64,000 nt of DNA, from assembly GCF_009914755.1 (NCBI RefSeq), contig NC_060945.1; one strand, written 5' to 3'. Shown in pieces: positions 59,040 to 64,000 of this stretch. The stretch is from the human T2T-CHM13v2.0 reference genome, Homo sapiens. Position 1 is the stretch's first letter. Every line of letters starts with the position of its first letter. Below the pieces are notes generated by a model, which was given only the letters and a program-made list of their open reading frames with translations, made no database searches and was not told the origin of the DNA. The position numbers were made by a program, and so were the translations under genes.

Positions 59040-60420
59040 CCTCTCATATCACCATTTAATTAATTTGGTCCCTGCAGAAACCAGACAGGTCCTGGAGGAT
59101 GACAGACTCCTGTAAACTCAAACAAGTAGCAGCCCACAGCTGGCTCTGAAGCTTCCTTGCCATATGTTGTATCTTCACTAAAGCACAGGCCCCAGGTACA
59201 TGCTGTGCAGCCTTTGATCTGGGGACTGTGTTCTTTTCATCTCTATCAGAAAGGAGGATCAGAAACAGTTCACAGTCACTCAGAACACACAACAGTATTC
59301 ACTTAGAGCACTGACCCAGGGCTATGTTAACTCTCCCTACCATGTCATCATATTGTCTGAGGACACCTGGGCCACTTGGACCTCTGCAGAACATCATCGT
59401 GGTGATGACACTTGTAAACCAGACCCAATGAACAAGAAGTGGCAAGTGTGCTGGGACCTTTGTAAGTCAGACTCATAAAATAAATAAAGAGGCAGGAAAA
59501 GTTCTATGAAGCTTCAGGGGCCTGCCACATTAGTACACTTTTAAAAGTCCAGGATCTGCAGCATGCCAGGATAACTTGGCCAAAGTAAAGAATAAATTCT
59601 ACATTTTACTCCCCTAAAACAAAGAATGTAACACAACACTCTTTGGATTCTGGAAATATTAATTCCACAATTGGGAATATTGATCACACCCACATGGCAA
59701 GGGACCCAAAAGGCTGCCAGTTTTGAATAGGAACCAAAACAGCAAAAGGTCCAGGCTGCAAGGCGACTGGCCCCACAGCTTGGCCAAAGGACCCAGCAGT
59801 TGCTAAGGCATTAGAGGTAGTGGTGACGGAAAAAGATACCCTGTCGTGTCTGGCAATCCACATTGGCAAATCACAACTCAGACACTTAAGAGTTCTAGAG
59901 CAACACTGTGCCAACTATAGCAAGAACGATATAACTTTGGAAAGAACAGCTCCTAGCATGCTGTTGGGCCCTGGAAGACATGGCATATCTGACCACGGGA
60001 CACCAAGTATCAGCCATTCATGATGAGCCAGGTCCTGTCACACCCACAAAGCCACACAGCTGGGCAAGTGCAGCAGTAATTGATGGAAAGATGGAAACGG
60101 TATATCCTCATCAAGGGCATAGCAAGCTATGCAAGCAGGTAGCTCAGACCCCATATTATTCATCATTATTGCATCAGTGCCTCTCTTGAGCTCACACCTA
60201 TGGCCACATGGGAGGTCCCTTATGACCAGCCCATGGAGGAGGAAAATACCCAAGATTAAATCAGTAAGTCAGAGTATCATTGACCCATAAGTCAGCTGAG
60301 TTTGAGGATACAAGCCAAAAATAGCCAGTGACCGCAGTACTGCCTCATTCAGGAGCTGGCCTTGAATGACAGTGGAGAGAAGAAATCCAGGGGACAGAGC
60401 TTTGGACTATGCACACTACA
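59040..60420 (+). pseudogene. ERVL-type pol relic (RT to RNase H)
   Basis: Frameshifted motifs WSLQKPDRSWRMT..KLKQV, QKQF, QQYSLRALTQGYVNSP and AELxxxH-like (cagagctttggactatgcac). Confidence 0.7.
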
Positions 60421-60496
60421 TACTGAAGGGGAATTGGAAATTGCTAGTATGTAAATATTATTAGCTTCACACACTTTGATTGAACTTGGGTAGACA

Positions 60497-60688
60497 ACAA
60501 TATCCCCAAATCTAGCTGAGCCTTAGAATCAACTGAGAAGCTGTTGAAGAATGTGCATACCTAAGCCCTACCCCAAAGTGACTCAAATAGATGCTCCAGG
60601 TATAGAGCTCAGAAACTGACATCTTAAATAAGATCCTTAAGTGATTCTGATTTTGCTGGTCCTTGGACTGGTACTAGGAAACATTTGT
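60497..60688. mobile_element. MER5-family DNA transposon relic
   Basis: ttagaatcaactgagaagct...agccctacccc...aagtgattctgat. Confidence 0.6.
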
Positions 60689-60739
60689 CTAAGCGATTAG
60701 CAATGCCATAACAAAAACAAAAACATTAATAATAAACGC

Positions 60740-60940
60740 AAACACATATAACATTATGTGCTTAATATATACTTACCTTTAAATTCTCACAACCACTCCA
60801 GGAGGTATGTATTATTATTAATCCCATTGCAGATGAGAAAATTGAAGTTAAGTGACTTACCCAAGGTTACAGAGTAAGTGAATGACAGAGCCAGTGTTTT
60901 AAATTAGTCTTACTCTAGAGTCTTTCTGCTTAACCATAAT
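60740..60940 (-). mobile_element. MIR
   Basis: cccattgcagatgagaaaattgaagttaagtgacttacccaaggttac. Confidence 0.75.
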
Positions 60941-61109
60941 GCCATAGTGGAAAAGGCAGTCAATAAAGGAGAAGGGAGCTGAAAAATCTGTAATCCAAAA
61001 AGCACATACAGTATATAGGGCCAATTTCTGCATTTACCTAAAATGAAGACAAAGTGTTTTTCCAAATAATTTAACTTCAACAGCTGAATCTGTTTACAAT
61101 AGCATGTGA

Positions 61110-61123
61110 GCACCACCTAGTGG
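61110..61123 (-). promoter_or_regulatory. Candidate CTCF site
   Basis: Reverse complement CCACTAGGTGGTGC matches CCASYAGRKGGCRS at 13 of 14 positions. Confidence 0.35.
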
Positions 61124-61448
61124 CTCTGTAGGGCTGCTTGAATAGTAAGTGCTCTCTAAGTACAATCAGCTCAACAGAAAAGTTATTAAAATTTAGTAGA
61201 TGCAAGTTTCCAATTCCAGAAAGACAAATTCTATGACTTCAAAAATGTTTAAAAACATAGTGAGACTATACAAATTAGGGAAAAGATCAAAACAGGTGAA
61301 GTCAAAAATAGCAATAGAACTGATTACATATTAAGGTTTGTTTTTTTTAGTGAAAATACAATAAAACATGAAAGACAAAAAGCCATATGCAAATCATTTT
61401 TAAGTTTAAATTCTGATAATGAATTTACTTCAGGTATACACTAAAAAC

Positions 61449-61710
61449 TTTTTTTTTTTTTTTTTAGATAGGGTCTCGCTCTGTTGCCCAGGCTGGAGTC
61501 TAGTGGCGCAATCTTGATTCACTGCAACCTCTAAAGTGATTCTTGTGCCTCAGCCTCCCGAGTAGCTGGGACTGCAGATGTGCACCACCATGCCCAGCTA
61601 ATTTTTTTTTTTTTTTTTTTTGTAGAGATGGGGTTTCACCAAGTTGCCCAGGCTGGTCTCAAACTCCCGGGCTAAAGTAATCCACCTGCCCCAGCCTCCC
61701 AAGGTGCTGG
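61449..61710 (-). mobile_element. AluJ, 5'-truncated with a small internal deletion
   Basis: TSD taaaaac (61442-61448 / 61711-61717). Confidence 0.88.
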
Positions 61711-62192
61711 TAAAAACCTTTTGACTCATCACCTTTTCTAGGAGTGATCCTAATTCAGCATCTTCTTCCTGCCCAGGCATTAAGACACCATCTGCTCCTG
61801 CCTCTCTCCCAGGAGACCTCAAAGCAACCTAACGAGATAAAAAGGGCTGGAGATTTACAGGTCCACTTCCTGTCTTCTCTTCTTCTCTGATGTCTGTGAG
61901 GTTCATTTTCTCTCAAGATCTATTGAATCCAAATATACAGAGCCAAGGCAGGGCAACCTCAGTGACAGGCAGCATCAGTTCTGAGTACACACCATGGGGG
62001 CCAATCTGGGAGGTGAGAAGCAAAGGCTGGAAAGAAAGTAGCAAGGTCCAGGAGCAAGAGACGATGTTGAGGTCCCAAGAATCTAATTCAGAGCCAACGC
62101 CAGGACACAGCAGAGTGAGAAGACAGAGTGTGGTTCCATGAACAGAGCCTGGCCTCCATAGCCTCTGGTGAGGTGATCTTTCCAGGGCCTAG

Positions 62193-62519
<327 letters not shown>

Positions 62520-62549
62520 ATCAGCGTTTCTTAAAACGCCTACTCAAAC

Positions 62550-62945
62550 TGATATGGTTTGGCTGTGTCCCCACCCAAATCTCATCTTGAATTGTAGCTC
62601 CCATAATACCCACGTGTGGAGGGAGGGACTTGGTAGGAAGAAATTGAATCATGGGGGCAGGATTTTCCTGCTCTGTTCTTGCAGTAGTGAAAAAGTCTCA
62701 CGAGATTTGACAGTTTTATAAAGGGCAGTTCTTATGAGATCTGATGGTTTTATAAAGGGCAGTTCCCCTGCACACGCTCTCTTGCCTGCCACCATGTAAG
62801 AAGTCCCTTTGCCCTTCCTTCGTCTTCCACCATGCTTGTGAGGCCTCCCCAGCCCTGTGAAACTGAGTCTATTAAACCTCTTTCTCTTTATAAATTACCC
62901 AGTCTCGGGTATTTCTTCATAGCAGTATGAAGATGGGCTAATATA
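62550..62945 (+). mobile_element. THE1 (C/D-like) solo LTR
   Basis: tgatatggtttggctgtgtccccacccaaatctc...ctaatata. Confidence 0.92.
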
Positions 62946-62984
62946 TCAGCATTAAGCAGAAGAAAAGCTCTTCCGCAGGATTTA

Positions 62985-63301
62985 CATGTGGATGAACCTC
63001 GAAAACACGACGCTAAGTGAAAGAAGTTGGATACAAAAAGCTACACGTTGTATGGTTCCATTTGTATGAGCTATTCATAAATCCACAAAGACAGAAAACA
63101 GACTGGTGCCTGTAGAAGCTGAGGGGGAGGAGGGAATGGGGAGAAATTGCTTGATGGGTCTGGGGCTTTACTTTGGAGTGATGGAAATGTTTCAAACTAG
63201 ACAGAAGTGTTGGCCATACAACATTGTGAATGCAACCAATGCCACTAGTTTGTTCATTTTAAGATGGTTAATTGTATGTTATTTGAATTTCACCTTAATA
63301 A

Positions 63302-63302
<1 letters not shown>
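62985..63302 (+). mobile_element. L1MB-type 3'UTR
   Basis: ggatgaacctcgaaaac..ctaagtgaaagaag...gaatttcaccttaataaa. Confidence 0.82.

Positions 63303-63304
<2 letters not shown>

Positions 63305-63342
<38 letters not shown>
63305..63342. repeat. (TG)n microsatellite
   Basis: Pure TG run. Confidence 0.95.
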
Positions 63343-63345
<3 letters not shown>

Positions 63346-63440
63346 ACTTCCTTCTGTGGCCAATGTCAGAAATATCACAAATACAAAATTCCATCTTTTG
63401 TCTTAGGATTTTAGACCAGGATATTTTGAAGTTTGAATAT

Positions 63441-64000
63441 TGTGATGGTTGACTTTGAGTGTCAACCCCTCTTCTGCTGAAAAGGAAACCCACGTGGTTT
63501 GGCATTTGACTAGAATAACTGGGCTGCCCCAGCTGTGTCTGTAAGGTGTTTCCAGAGGAGACTGGCATTTGAGTCCACGGACTGAGAGGGAAGACCCCCT
63601 TGGTGTGGTGGGCACCATCTGATCAGCTGGGGACTCTGACAGAACGGGAGGCAGAGGAAGGGCAAATTTGAGCTTTCTTCCAAAGCCAGGACATCCTTCT
63701 TCTCCCACCCATGGACATCACAACTGCAGGTTCCCCAGCCTTAGGACTCTAGGACTCGCACCAGTGTCCCCCAGTCTCTTAGGCCTTCATCCTGGAATTG
63801 AGAGTTACAACATTGGCTTCCTTGCTTCTGAGACCAAGGAACTTGAACTGAGCCATGTCACTGGCTTGCCTGGTTCCCCAGCTTGCAGATGGCCTATCAT
63901 GGGACTCTGTAACCTCCATGATCAAGTGAGCCAATTCCCCTAATAAATCCCCTCTTATATCTCTCTATGGACAGATAGGTAGATAGATAATTGATATATA
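63441..64000 (+). mobile_element. MLT2B-like LTR running off the window end
   Basis: tgtgatggtt...ccagcttgcagatggcctatcatgggact...gtgagccaattcccctaataaatcccc. Confidence 0.85.

Larger units (their letters stand above)
54460..60420 (+). mobile_element. Decayed ERVL-class (ERV3-16A3-like) internal region with nested insertions
   Basis: Follows the LTR16-like sequence and carries pol motifs at 59040-60420. Confidence 0.65.

Overview
This is primate genomic DNA, most likely human or hominine given the AluY/Yi6-like and L1PA3/4-like elements. It is non-coding, intergenic or deep intronic, and dominated by nested transposable elements. I see no credible cellular protein-coding gene, RNA gene or CRISPR-like system. 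All long ORFs in the track come from L1 ORF1/ORF2, Alu, MaLR/ERVL LTRs or microsatellites. Main elements: about 20 Alus; a doubly truncated internal L1PA fragment (7848-10906); a 5'-intact, 3'-truncated L1PB (21271-26187); two twin-primed L1PA 3' ends; several old L1M, L2 and MIR relics; many THE1/MST/MLT1/MLT2/LTR16 LTRs; a decayed ERVL-class provirus with recognisable RT and RNase H motifs (~54070-60420); and MER5/MER58 DNA transposons. The most unusual signals are DNA-repair-like scars. These are an L1 fragment that appears to have replaced genomic DNA with microhomology at both ends, and a cluster of locally templated insertions between 42.7 and 51.5 kb. These are inferences from sequence alone. 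Repeat subfamily names are from recalled consensus sequences and need Dfam/RepeatMasker confirmation. I did not find convincing evidence of a new biological system.
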